From a virus, in the IMG/VR virus record IMGVR_UViG_3300042879_004726, positions 5,771 to 69,770 of that record: a DNA stretch of 64,000 bases, one strand, 5' to 3'. The notes below the pieces were generated by a model. The model ran no database searches. It was not told the DNA's origin and saw nothing but the letters and a program-made list of their open reading frames with translations. Position 1 is the stretch's first letter. Each line of letters begins with the position of its first letter. Positions 18,259 through 28,423 of the stretch are shown piece by piece. Made by a program: the position numbers and the translations under genes.

Positions 18259-19431
18259 TTATTTACTAAATGCTGAAAGAGTTTTCAGATATGCGTCCAT
18301 AGAACCAGAATAGGTTTGGTGTGCAATGTCTACACCCTCAGAGAGAGTGTCAGCTTTAGTTGAAGGAGATGTTACTCTTAAAGGAAAATATGATTCCTTT
18401 AATGTCTCCAGTTTTTCACGATATTCTTGTTCACTTTCAAACTCAACACTTTCGGCAAGTGAAGCGAGCTTATCCTTCTGAGTGTCTGCAAGACCATCAG
18501 AAACTTCTTCAAAGATTCCATCGGCAACCGCCTCTGCGAGACGCTTGTTTAGTGAAACATTTTTCTCAATTTGCTCGTTGAGTTTTGTCTCCATTTCATC
18601 AAGTTTTTCTACCATATTTTCAAGTACATCATATTTTTCTTCAGGGATTGATACATAATGTTCTTCAAAAAGACCTTTCATTCCAGTGAGGAATGATTCA
18701 GTCATTTCAGTTTTAAGCCCTTGCTCTACTGCAAGAGTATTTTCTTCCATCCATTCATTTGCAACATACTCAAGATATGCATCTACACGCTCTGAAAGTT
18801 CGGACTTAATTTCTTCAACTTCCTCAGCAAGAATCATTGAATATTGCTCTTCAAGAGATTCTTTGATTTCATAAACTTTGGAGCGAATAGCAGCTTCAAA
18901 GATAGTGCGTGCTTTTTCTTGAAACTCTTCTGAAAGATTTTCACCAGCAAGAAGAGCATTTACATCTTCTTCAATGTCAAAGCTTTCTTTCATATCATCT
19001 TCTTCATCATCTTCTTCATCATCTTCTTCATCTTCTTCATCATCTTCTTCTTCATCTTCATCATCTTCCTTTTCCTTTGCAGCTTCAGCAATATCTTCAT
19101 CTTCTTCATCATCTTCAATATCTTCTAACAGTTCTTCATCTTCTTCATATTCTTCCTTTACTCCAGACATAGGCATTGCTGCTTTTGCTCCTTTATTTAC
19201 AACATCTTTAACTTGCTTAAGAGTTGAACCTGGAGTTTTAAGTTTTGCTGAATCATCATCAGTACGATAGTTGGAAGGATCTGGTCCACCCAAATCTTCC
19301 CATCCTCCAGTTTGTCCTGGTGTTGTACCAGATAATTTTGGAATCGCATCCCCTGCCTTAGCATTAGCATTAACGGCGGTTTTGGATTGCTTTGTGCCTA
19401 CTTCCATTTCTTGTAAATTCCCACGAGACAT
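18259..19431 (-). CDS. gp22: Prohead core scaffold protein
   Basis: LSEEF..KA..IFEAA, YLEYV..EW..EN motifs; acidic; between gp21 and gp23. Confidence 0.95.
   Translation of the reverse strand: MSRGNLQEMEVGTKQSKTAVNANAKAGDAIPKLSGTTPGQTGGWEDLGGPDPSNYRTDDDSAKLKTPGSTLKQVKDVVNKGAKAAMPMSGVKEEYEEDEELLEDIEDDEEDEDIAEAAKEKEDDEDEEEDDEEDEEDDEEDDEEDDMKESFDIEEDVNALLAGENLSEEFQEKARTIFEAAIRSKVYEIKESLEEQYSMILAEEVEEIKSELSERVDAYLEYVANEWMEENTLAVEQGLKTEMTESFLTGMKGLFEEHYVSIPEEKYDVLENMVEKLDEMETKLNEQIEKNVSLNKRLAEAVADGIFEEVSDGLADTQKDKLASLAESVEFESEQEYREKLETLKESYFPLRVTSPSTKADTLSEGVDIAHQTYSGSMDAYLKTLSAFSK
18993..19150. repeat. GAA/GAT trinucleotide-type low-complexity tract encoding poly-Asp/Glu in gp22
   Basis: Tandem tcttcatca/tcttcttca units. 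Confidence 0.8.
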
Positions 19432-19469
19432 TTGAACTCTCCGTTTACCTTTAAGTTATAAACTATATT

Positions 19470-19477
19470 TATTTATA
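19470..19477 (-). promoter_or_regulatory. T4-type late promoter TATAAATA
   Basis: Exact consensus upstream of gp22. Confidence 0.8.
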
Positions 19478-19493
19478 AATTTATAATTTACAA

Positions 19494-20141
19494 TTAAAGA
19501 GAATTGATGAATTCATTAAATAAAGATAATTTATATTCTTCTAAAATATTTTGATCTACTAGACTATTAACTCTTTTTTTTGTATTTTCAATTAGCCAAT
19601 CATTTCTTGATGCATCATAGACCCATTCAACACCTTCCATAATTCCTTGAACAAATGCATCTGGAGCAGAAGGATCTGCAACAATATCCGCTGCAGTTGC
19701 TAACATAAAATCTTCACCAACTTCAGTGTACCCCTCAACCGTTTGTTTTACTGAACCGATGCCTCTAGAAGAAACTCCCAAAGTTACTCCTTCTTTTAAA
19801 AGAGATTCTGCAATTTTTCCCATTGGTGTTGAGAGAATTTGAGCTTTTCCAATGAAATTATTTCCATTTTGATATAGCTCTACAATTTTATGTGATACTC
19901 TATCAAGATTTACTGTTGGACCATCTGGATGTCCAAGTTCTCCGAGAGCACGCCCTTTATTAACATAATTTTCAGTATAACGCTTTACCTCTCTTTCCAT
20001 TACATTAATAGGATACTTTCTACGATTGCGATTTACACACTCAGCCTGCAAGAAAGTTCCCTTTATAAAAAGAGTTTTTTTTCCATTTATACTTTCAGTA
20101 AGAACTTCTATATTTTCAATTTCTTCTGTGATAAGTTTCAT
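19494..20141 (-). CDS. gp21: Prohead protease
   Basis: MKLITEE, NRNRR.Y, ALGELGHP, GVSSRG.GS, DIVADPSAPDAFV. Confidence 0.97.
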   Translation of the reverse strand: MKLITEEIENIEVLTESINGKKTLFIKGTFLQAECVNRNRRKYPINVMEREVKRYTENYVNKGRALGELGHPDGPTVNLDRVSHKIVELYQNGNNFIGKAQILSTPMGKIAESLLKEGVTLGVSSRGIGSVKQTVEGYTEVGEDFMLATAADIVADPSAPDAFVQGIMEGVEWVYDASRNDWLIENTKKRVNSLVDQNILEEYKLSLFNEFINSL

Positions 20142-20692
20142 TACGCTTGTCCTGTAATTTGTACTTGTTGAAAATGAAGTGTTCCTGGACCAGCACCAAA
20201 TGCAGATATTCTTTGTGATAGTCTTATTTCAGCATTAGGTGAATTAAATGCAGTCACAATACCAGATGAGTTGTAATTTACAGTCATTCTTGTTTGATAG
20301 AAACCATTTACTCCGGAAGAAGTATCTACTGAAATTACAGGAACGTGAGTAAAATTATAATAAGATTGTCCTGTTGCAGTTAAAGTGACAAAATCACCTA
20401 TACCAAAAGGAACTTGTGTTCCTTCAGGTACTGATACAATTGTTGTAGTTCCTGTTATAACACCAACAACCCTATTTGATGCTTTAGTTAATGCAAGTGT
20501 TGCTGTTTGATTTGATGGAATAAAATAATCAGTATCAGTTGCTGTAGGATTAGTTCCTATTGCAACTTGAGCAGATGATCCTACAGCAACAATTCTCAAA
20601 ACGTCAGACTGTACCGAAAAGGGAGCTGAAGTTGTTGCAGAACCCGATGATATTGAAAATGAGGAACTTACCCCAACTGGTCTGTGGGCCAT
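20141..20692 (-). CDS. Hypothetical protein (probable virion component)
   Basis: 183-aa S/T/G-rich ORF coupled to gp21; late-like ATAAATA upstream. Confidence 0.7.
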   Translation of the reverse strand: MAHRPVGVSSSFSISSGSATTSAPFSVQSDVLRIVAVGSSAQVAIGTNPTATDTDYFIPSNQTATLALTKASNRVVGVITGTTTIVSVPEGTQVPFGIGDFVTLTATGQSYYNFTHVPVISVDTSSGVNGFYQTRMTVNYNSSGIVTAFNSPNAEIRLSQRISAFGAGPGTLHFQQVQITGQA

Positions 20693-20731
20693 TATTTTTT
20701 AAATGCACTTTGAGTTATTTATGTTTTTCAA

Positions 20732-20881
20732 TTACTCATTATCATTAAACATAGAATCTGCCACTTCTGGACGAAATTCGTCTATTTTTTGTGCAGCTTT
20801 AGTAAACAAAATATCTTTAATTTTGTCACTAATTTGAGATGGAGAATCGTCAGATGCGACCATATTCATTAAATCATCCAT
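20732..20881 (-). CDS. Small prohead core protein (gp67-like position)
   Basis: Manual ORF MDDLMNMVASDDSPSQISDKIKDILFTKAAQKIDEFRPEVADSMFNDNE (49 aa), preceded by TATAAATA. Confidence 0.75.
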   Translation of the reverse strand: MDDLMNMVASDDSPSQISDKIKDILFTKAAQKIDEFRPEVADSMFNDNE

Positions 20882-20905
20882 ATGTATAAAAATAATAATC
20901 TTTTT

Positions 20906-20913
20906 TATTTATA
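20906..20913 (-). promoter_or_regulatory. T4-type late promoter TATAAATA
   Basis: Exact consensus overlapping the gp20 stop. Confidence 0.7.
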
Positions 20914-23900
20914 TTACTCCACCTTTAGGCATTTCAACTTGCTTTCCAGATGCAACTACATCTTTTGCTTGAGATTCAATATCAGGTTCAATTACAGGTT
21001 TTCCCAAATTCATTTGAGATGTTTGATCTAATGGCATTCCAGTTTGTGGGTCAATAGGAATACTTGGATCTGGAATAACTCCTTTTTTAATTTCCTTTTC
21101 AATTTTTGCATCTTCTTCTACAATTTCAACGTCTGTTTGGCGTAGAATTTTTCTTCTCACATAATCTTGTGAAAAATATTTCCCTACATATGGTTCTGCA
21201 ATTTGTACCATACCTAGCCTTTCGTTTAATAATTCTGCATCTTTCAATTCTGCAAAATGATTATCATAAAGAAAATCATACTGAATATGTTCATCCATCA
21301 TTGACCAATCTTCTGGTGTGATGATATTTTTCAATATTAATTGAGTTTTTAACATATCACTAAACATATATGAAAATCTTTTTCTCAATCTAGAAACAAA
21401 TTTACTAAATTTAACTTCATCTCTCAATATTTCAGATGATTTTCCTAAATTAAATCCACCTTCTCCATCCATTCTTGATGGTGGAACATTTAAAGAATTA
21501 TATAACTTTTTTTGAAAATAATTTATATCTGTAATTTCACCTAAATTCTGACCTCCAGGAAGTGTTGAAATTTCCGTTCCTCTTCCACCTTCTCTTCTTG
21601 GGAGCCAAAAATCTTCAAGCATTGCCATAAATTTTTTATCGTCCCTAACCTCACCTGTTGAGTTGCAAGTGTAAATACCACAATCCAAAGCAAAAGTATG
21701 ATAATCGTGATATAGTTCTTCCTTATCAATTGTAAGGGTTCCCACATCCATAGTATCATCTAAAAATTCAATATTTTTAATTTTGTGATTTTTATAAATG
21801 AAAGAGTTTCTATATTCTTTCCAAGAATTGAAACCAAGTTGTCTACAAACATTAATTAAATTACTGTAAGTAAATTTACTTAAAGGTTCTCCCAAACCTT
21901 TTCCTTTGCGTGGTCTCTTTTCGGAGTTTAGTTCTATCCATGAAGTAAAATCAATGTTATCATTTACAAAAGAAATGGTATTATTTAAACTTAATCTTCT
22001 TTCGGCACATTCTTCAACAATATTAAAAATTTGTTGAGTATACTCAATTGTTTGTTTATTAGATAATTTTTGTCTATATTCTTCTGAATTTTTTCCACCC
22101 CAAAGAGAGTTTTGAGCCAATTGGGTCATTTTTTGGAAGTGAGATTTTGGAATTGCTTTACCTCGCTCTCGTGCAGAATTTCTAGATTCTTCAGTCCAAC
22201 CATTTCTAATGTTTTCTTTAAATTTTTCCCTAAATTTAATATCAGTTTTTAATTTATCTTGAAGAATTTCATTACCTTTTTTTGAATTATTAACTATTTC
22301 AGTTTTTGATAAACTATGAATTCCTGATTTTTTCAGGTAGCAATTTTTTCCACCTTTAGAACCATATATTTTACCATTTTCAATTTGCTGCTCTTTTGAT
22401 ATATTAAAAAATGGTAATCCCAATTCTCTCTTTCTTTGAGCACATACTTTGCCTCCTATTTTACCAGCATCACTACAATGTTTTTTATGGTATTCAAAAT
22501 GGTCATCACGAGACATTCTGATCAAATTCTCTGGAGAATTATTATATCGGTCATAATCCTTATGATGAACTGTGCATTTATTCTCATCAATCCTTTCTTG
22601 ATTAAAATTGTATTCATTTAAAAGATTATTTTGATCCTTCCAATTAGAAACTAATCTGTGAGTAAAAATCCACTTCTTACTTTCATTTTCATATAATTGC
22701 TCATAAGTAGAATTTTTATTTCCTGGAATATTATTCTGTCTCTTATAGTGAGGAATCATAGAATCTCCAACTTTTAGATCTTTTGCTTCTACTTTTCCCT
22801 TATTCCAAACTGGAAATTTGTGATCCAATGTACACGTAATGGCTTCATCATTATCTAAAGTAATTCTCATTACTTTTTCGTTTTTGCGAGTTACTCCTGC
22901 CCAACTTATAATTCCAGGAGCAAATTTTCCAGTTTTAGGGTCACAGGAATATGCCCAAAGACGGTTTCCTTCATTAAATTCTTTTGTAATCTCAGATAGA
23001 GATAGAGTTCTACCATCTAAAAGGGGAATTTTGGTATCCATTGCAAGACAAGAATCATAAACAAGTTTATTTCTATAACGCATCATCACATCACGAAGAT
23101 ATTGTTCTGCCTTAACTTTTGGAAGATTTCCAACATCAATATAAAAAATTCTTCTTTCAGGGGCTCTTGATAATCTATAAATTACAAGAGAATCTTCAAT
23201 CATTCTTAATTGATTGAGAGATTTAATTGCTTTATGTAAATATGAAAGTGTTGAACCTTTATTTCTATCTACAAGACCTGAAGTGCAATATGTTATTGAA
23301 TCCTTTGTAAATTTAATCCCACTAGTTCCACCTAAAGATGATGGATTAGTGGTTGGATAAGACATTTTAGGATTGTAAACAAAATACTCTTCAATCTCAG
23401 GAAATTCATATTCCATTGGATCATCAACATTCATTCTCCCCAGACGATTTATTTTTTTATCATTTTCACTCTTCTTTTGTTGACGAACATAACGCATTTT
23501 CATTGCGTCAATGTATCTTAATTCTTGTATTCCCGCTTCTGGATTTTTTAAATCTATAACTTTATGATAATAAAGTCTACCATCAACATACCAATTTCTG
23601 TAAATTTCGTGTGATTTTTTATCAAAATCTAAAAGTTCTAAAATGTACTTAAACTCTTGCCTTATTTTCTTTTTTATTCCATCACTAGCATTTAAATTAT
23701 CTAAATCAATTTGTATTGGCGTATCATTGGTATCACTAACAATAGCTTCATTAACAATATCTTCAATGGCACTATCACATTCTGGGTGAAGTGCCATCTC
23801 ACGATATCTTTTAATTAGATCGAATTCAGTTCTATAGACTCCTTCAATATCAACGTAAGAACCAAAGAATCCACTACTTAAATAAAAATCTGAAGAATCC

Positions 23901-23983
23901 TCATTATTGGGTGGAACTGGAGAAAGTATAGATGGGGATTCTTTTCCCTCATCTTCAATAGAGAATCCAAATAATTTTGCCAT
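20909..23983 (-). CDS. gp20: Portal vertex protein containing an intein
   Basis: YREMALHPECDSAIEDIVNE, RAPERRIFYIDVGNLPK, EDFWLPRREGGRGTEI; 463-aa insertion. Confidence 0.97.
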   Translation of the reverse strand: MAKLFGFSIEDEGKESPSILSPVPPNNEDSSDFYLSSGFFGSYVDIEGVYRTEFDLIKRYREMALHPECDSAIEDIVNEAIVSDTNDTPIQIDLDNLNASDGIKKKIRQEFKYILELLDFDKKSHEIYRNWYVDGRLYYHKVIDLKNPEAGIQELRYIDAMKMRYVRQQKKSENDKKINRLGRMNVDDPMEYEFPEIEEYFVYNPKMSYPTTNPSSLGGTSGIKFTKDSITYCTSGLVDRNKGSTLSYLHKAIKSLNQLRMIEDSLVIYRLSRAPERRIFYIDVGNLPKVKAEQYLRDVMMRYRNKLVYDSCLAMDTKIPLLDGRTLSLSEITKEFNEGNRLWAYSCDPKTGKFAPGIISWAGVTRKNEKVMRITLDNDEAITCTLDHKFPVWNKGKVEAKDLKVGDSMIPHYKRQNNIPGNKNSTYEQLYENESKKWIFTHRLVSNWKDQNNLLNEYNFNQERIDENKCTVHHKDYDRYNNSPENLIRMSRDDHFEYHKKHCSDAGKIGGKVCAQRKRELGLPFFNISKEQQIENGKIYGSKGGKNCYLKKSGIHSLSKTEIVNNSKKGNEILQDKLKTDIKFREKFKENIRNGWTEESRNSARERGKAIPKSHFQKMTQLAQNSLWGGKNSEEYRQKLSNKQTIEYTQQIFNIVEECAERRLSLNNTISFVNDNIDFTSWIELNSEKRPRKGKGLGEPLSKFTYSNLINVCRQLGFNSWKEYRNSFIYKNHKIKNIEFLDDTMDVGTLTIDKEELYHDYHTFALDCGIYTCNSTGEVRDDKKFMAMLEDFWLPRREGGRGTEISTLPGGQNLGEITDINYFQKKLYNSLNVPPSRMDGEGGFNLGKSSEILRDEVKFSKFVSRLRKRFSYMFSDMLKTQLILKNIITPEDWSMMDEHIQYDFLYDNHFAELKDAELLNERLGMVQIAEPYVGKYFSQDYVRRKILRQTDVEIVEEDAKIEKEIKKGVIPDPSIPIDPQTGMPLDQTSQMNLGKPVIEPDIESQAKDVVASGKQVEMPKGGVI
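21662..23050 (-). mobile_element. Intein with HNH homing endonuclease in portal gp20
   Basis: YDS|CLAMDTKIPLLDG...CTLDHKF (block B)...HHKDYDRYNNSPENL (HNH)...HTFALDCGIYTCN|STGEVRDDKK. Confidence 0.93.
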
Positions 23984-24019
23984 TATATACTAAGAACGTA
24001 TTTTAAGTATTACTATTTA

Positions 24020-24664
24020 TCAATTAATAATTACATTGGTTGCATCTGATCCATTAGTTGGTCCTTGTCCTGCAGTCCAATAAAGTACTTGAAACTCTAC
24101 ACTATACTCTTCAATTGAATTTTCAGAATCATAAGAAAGATCAATTGCAGAAACATTAGTTGGAAAAATGCTATTAAATTTATAAGTTCTTAATGGTGTA
24201 ATTGCAGAGCTATTGAGAATATTGCTATTATTTATTGATTCTTTGGTTCCAGCTCCTCTTCCAAGTTGGTGAACATAAGCATCTACCATATATGAACTGG
24301 GATTAGTTGCTCCCGTGGCATTTTCAAGTTTATTCATATGGTTCATCCATCTTTCAAAGGCAGTTCTTAATTTGAAATTTTCATCATTAATAATAGTAAC
24401 ATTCCAAACATCAAAACTTCTATCACCTGCAACTTTAAGAGTTCTTCCTCTAAATGGAACATCAATTGAAGCAATTGTTGAAGCTGGAAGTGATGCTGTT
24501 TTACATAGAAATTTAAATGTTTCAGATTCTTCTCCAGGCGCAACATTCCATGAACTTGCAATTGAGGTTGGAAAAGTTGGAATTTCAACTTCAAATAAAT
24601 TGGATCTTGCACCACCACCAGCAAGTCTTTCTTTAAATCCAGTAATTGTTCTGAGTGTAGACAT
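24020..24664 (-). CDS. gp19: Tail tube protein
   Basis: GGGARSNLFEV, VPFRGRTLKVAGDRSFDVW.VTIINDE, FPTNVSAIDL. Confidence 0.96.
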   Translation of the reverse strand: MSTLRTITGFKERLAGGGARSNLFEVEIPTFPTSIASSWNVAPGEESETFKFLCKTASLPASTIASIDVPFRGRTLKVAGDRSFDVWNVTIINDENFKLRTAFERWMNHMNKLENATGATNPSSYMVDAYVHQLGRGAGTKESINNSNILNSSAITPLRTYKFNSIFPTNVSAIDLSYDSENSIEEYSVEFQVLYWTAGQGPTNGSDATNVIIN

Positions 24665-24699
24665 TTTTAGAACCTCCGTGTTTTTTTACTAAAATTAAA

Positions 24700-26889
24700 T
24701 CAGACTCTACCAGCCACTTCTTCAAAAGAAATGCCGGTTCTAGTTGCAACAAATGTGAGTGTGATATAATTAATTGATCTAGTTGGCTGTAAGAAAATAT
24801 CAGCTCTAAACTCATTGTTATCAATTATATCAGGAGTATTATTTGTTTCATCGCAAATTACAAGATAATTAAAAATTCCATTTTTTGCCTGAACATCTCT
24901 TAGATATGGTTCAACAATATTGACAAAGTTTGATCTAGTTGTTTGATTGTTTAACTCAAAAAGTTGAGCTTGGGCAGATCTCTTTAATGCCTGCTCAACA
25001 GTCAAGAATAATCTACGAACATTGATTCTATCAAAGGCAGATGAATATGCTAAGGCAGTTTTGTCTCCAAAAAGAACAACTCCAGAACCTGGTTGATTAA
25101 TAATAGGATTTATTCTTGCTTGATAGAGTAAATCTCTTTGAGCTTTTGTTGGATTGTAAGCAAGTTTGATTGCATTATTTAACACACCTCTTTGTAATCC
25201 TGCTGGAGAGAACCAAGGATAGGCATTAATATTTGTTCTGGCCATTAAACCAGCAATATCAGCATTACAAGGAATATATCTGAAAAGATTATTAAATCTA
25301 TCAAATGTATACTTATATCCATTATCAAAAATTGCATATGATGAAGATGATAATGGTGAGAAGAACTGAATAATATTATTTGTTTGTGTGGTTGTATTTG
25401 TTATATCAACTACACCGGCTCTATGTGGAGAAATTACAGCCACACAATCCTTTCTACTTTCAGCAATAGAGATTAATTGATTTGCTTTTGCCTGAGACTC
25501 TTCAATAGTATCAAGCCCAGGACCTCCAATCAGATAATCTACCGCAACTTCATCTTCATTGGTAAAAAGATTATAAGCAGTAACAAGACCACCAAGAGTT
25601 GCTCTAGAACCGTTTCCAGTATAATCTGCTCCTGCAGATAACGTGAAAGATTGATTTCCAATTACATTAAATGTAATATTCTGAGCATTTTGATTCCAAC
25701 CTCCATTTGAAATGGAAACTGGAGAAAAAGATGCACTTGGAATTCCAGAATAAGTTGTAAATCCCCCAGAAACTGGAGTAATGTTATTTACGGTATCTGC
25801 AGAAGTATAATAATTTGTTCCGGAATAAACATAACTGGAGAAGTTTGCAAGATAATTTCTATACCATACTTTTTGTGGAGAATTTGCTCCCGAAATTGCA
25901 TCAGTAGCCTTAGAAATTCCAACGTGCTTTTCTAAAAGATTTCCTTGAACTCCTGTGATGGAACCATTATCATCTACAATTGCAATATTTAAAGCATCAT
26001 TATTACAATTTCTTGTCAATGCATACTGAGTGGTAATAGGCTTTGGTGCAATAGATCTCCAATAAATTGTTGAATTTGAAAGACCTAATGTTTGTTCATT
26101 ATACCAATCAAGAACTGAATTTGCTGTTACTGCTGAACCAGTAGAAACTCCAGAATTGGATATAAATGTAAGGGTTTTATTTGCTACAATAGCACTATAT
26201 TCAGATCCTTCAGAATAAGTAATTAATGTTTCTGTTCCACCAGTTGATACTCTAGAAAGAATTTTAACTTCAATTGTAGAACTTGCAGTTGTTATTCCTG
26301 AATTTACACCAACAACAATTCCTTTTAGATATCCATTAAATGTTGATGTACTACCAGATCCTGCTACAACTGTGCTAATTCCAACAGAAACTCCAAATCC
26401 AATTTGAGCACCAATTGCTCCAGGATTAGTTGTTGCGAGTCCAATGATTTGATCTGCTTTATCATCAATTACACATACTTTCAATCCATTAGCCCAAGTT
26501 CCAGGTGTCCTTGCTGCAAAATGATATGCGCCAGTACTCTGAGAATTATAATCATCAAAATTATTAATTTTTACTGTTGCAGTTGTACCATAACCAACTC
26601 TTGAATTTTTAAGATTATTATCATCAACTCTTACTACTTTAAGAATTCCACCATAAGAAAGGAATGATGAAGCACTCATCCAATATTCAAACTGTCTATC
26701 TGAAGAAATTGGTTTTCCAAAAGTATCTATTAATGCTTGTTCATTGGTGATATCAATAGCCTGATTTACAGGACCAATTGAAAAAGGACCAGCAATTGCT
26801 CCAATATTATCCAATACATTATCTGCCCTTCCTACTGTTAAATCAACCTCTCTGATTAGTGTACCAGGAGATAATTGAGGAGTTGCCAT
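24700..26889 (-). CDS. gp18: Tail sheath protein
   Basis: SPG..IREVDLT, PWFSPAG..RG, SAFDRINVRRLFL, P.RSINYITLTFVATRTG. Confidence 0.97.
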   Translation of the reverse strand: MATPQLSPGTLIREVDLTVGRADNVLDNIGAIAGPFSIGPVNQAIDITNEQALIDTFGKPISSDRQFEYWMSASSFLSYGGILKVVRVDDNNLKNSRVGYGTTATVKINNFDDYNSQSTGAYHFAARTPGTWANGLKVCVIDDKADQIIGLATTNPGAIGAQIGFGVSVGISTVVAGSGSTSTFNGYLKGIVVGVNSGITTASSTIEVKILSRVSTGGTETLITYSEGSEYSAIVANKTLTFISNSGVSTGSAVTANSVLDWYNEQTLGLSNSTIYWRSIAPKPITTQYALTRNCNNDALNIAIVDDNGSITGVQGNLLEKHVGISKATDAISGANSPQKVWYRNYLANFSSYVYSGTNYYTSADTVNNITPVSGGFTTYSGIPSASFSPVSISNGGWNQNAQNITFNVIGNQSFTLSAGADYTGNGSRATLGGLVTAYNLFTNEDEVAVDYLIGGPGLDTIEESQAKANQLISIAESRKDCVAVISPHRAGVVDITNTTTQTNNIIQFFSPLSSSSYAIFDNGYKYTFDRFNNLFRYIPCNADIAGLMARTNINAYPWFSPAGLQRGVLNNAIKLAYNPTKAQRDLLYQARINPIINQPGSGVVLFGDKTALAYSSAFDRINVRRLFLTVEQALKRSAQAQLFELNNQTTRSNFVNIVEPYLRDVQAKNGIFNYLVICDETNNTPDIIDNNEFRADIFLQPTRSINYITLTFVATRTGISFEEVAGRV

Positions 26890-26971
26890 TTTTTTCTCCG
26901 TAAGATCTCAGTTTAACTAAAAATTATTTATTAAAAAATAACTTTACGTGGGGGAAATATGACGTGAATTA

Positions 26972-27202
26972 TTACCAGTCTGGATATTGCCAATTTACAT
27001 TTAAATAAGTTAATCGTTTATTATTAATAACTCGTTTTACGGTACATTCTTTACATTCATATGAGTATGATGATGCAACAGGCCCTCTATCCTTGCGAGT
27101 TCTATAAAATTCACCTACCAAATTTTTATTTAACCCACAAGATCTACATTTTCTGTCTGTAAATAATAAGTGACCCAAATTCAGTTGCTTATCAATTTCC
27201 AT
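26972..27202 (-). CDS. Small zinc-finger hypothetical protein
   Basis: CRSC...YSYECKEC; ends YPDW. Confidence 0.75.
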   Translation of the reverse strand: MEIDKQLNLGHLLFTDRKCRSCGLNKNLVGEFYRTRKDRGPVASSYSYECKECTVKRVINNKRLTYLNVNWQYPDW

Positions 27203-27208
27203 ATTTTG

Positions 27209-28423
27209 TTAGTATTTCCACATATAATCCCATTCAGTTGATCTATCTCCATATTCATCTAAAAACCATCTATCTCCATCTTCATCAACAAAGGTCTTTT
27301 CTTCATTTAATCCATCAGATATAAATCCAAATGGTGACATATCTTGCTCTATTTGATTCTTTTGTTCTTCATATAGTCTTTTTCTTACGTCTTGATCAGT
27401 AAGTTCTTTGAAATAATCTTGAGCAACTAACCAAGCATAAATGACCAAGCACATTGCTAGGTCATCATTGCAACCTTCCTCAGCCTCAAAAGAATTGTGT
27501 TTTTGTATAAAAGTTGTTAATTCTGAAATTATTTCATAATCGTTTAATATCAATTTACTTTCTTCAATCATAGTCTTGAGATTAAGACATCCAACTTTTT
27601 TAACAGTTTTTGACATCTTAACTCCTAATTGAGTCTTTTTACCCGAAAATCCTTGCCCAACAATTTGACCCGCCCTTCCTCTCATTGAACACATAAGAAG
27701 ATTATTATATTCTAAATCATATTGAAGAATACTTGCTACTTGATCTCCAACATCGTTTACTTCACATAGAATATAAGAGTTATTATACGCAACTGCTGCT
27801 TCGTGTATTACACTTGGGAACAACATTGGTTTTATTTCGTTATGCCTATATTTCGCAACAACTTTATGAGGAAACTGAGTGATATCTATTATAGTAAATG
27901 CTGAATAATCATTTCCTACGCCTCTAGCAACGTCTACAGTAATCAAATAGTCGTGTTCTTCTATAGGGTCCTCATAGACATCTAAACCAGCACTACGGGC
28001 CTTTGGGTGGTCATATACGAGCGTTCTGAGTTTACTTGGTGCAATAAGAGTATCAACAGAACCTAAAAATTCACAATTATGTGATACTATATTATTTGAA
28101 TAATATAAATGATCAGTACCAGAATTTACAATATCATATAATTCTATTGGTTCATTAATGACTTTTGATCTTTTTAAAAAGCAACCACCATTTTTTGTGT
28201 AAATTTCTGTAAATTTATCTAAATCTTTTGCTTTAATTATTCCTTCAATTGTAGATAATGGATGGTCTAAAGAACATTTTAATTCATTTCCATCTGTAAA
28301 TGTTAAATGTATGTACTTATTCTTTGTTATTTTATTAATACCAAAAAAGGATACTAAACCTTCTGGTGAAAGTATTTTGTGTCCTTTTTTGTTTAATACT
28401 ACGCTTTCAGGAATTGTATGCAC
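27209..28423 (-). CDS. gp17: Terminase large subunit C-terminal fragment preceded by split-intein C-part
   Basis: GTG start; 116-aa IntC ending VSHN, then CEFLGSVDTLI, DVARGVGNDYSAF, GCNDDLAM nuclease motifs. Confidence 0.93.
   Translation of the reverse strand: MHTIPESVVLNKKGHKILSPEGLVSFFGINKITKNKYIHLTFTDGNELKCSLDHPLSTIEGIIKAKDLDKFTEIYTKNGGCFLKRSKVINEPIELYDIVNSGTDHLYYSNNIVSHNCEFLGSVDTLIAPSKLRTLVYDHPKARSAGLDVYEDPIEEHDYLITVDVARGVGNDYSAFTIIDITQFPHKVVAKYRHNEIKPMLFPSVIHEAAVAYNNSYILCEVNDVGDQVASILQYDLEYNNLLMCSMRGRAGQIVGQGFSGKKTQLGVKMSKTVKKVGCLNLKTMIEESKLILNDYEIISELTTFIQKHNSFEAEEGCNDDLAMCLVIYAWLVAQDYFKELTDQDVRKRLYEEQKNQIEQDMSPFGFISDGLNEEKTFVDEDGDRWFLDEYGDRSTEWDYMWKY

Noticed and set aside
18909-19270. 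Plus-strand poly-Ser and His/Leu-rich ORFs
   Set aside because: Antisense shadows of the Asp/Glu codon tract in gp22
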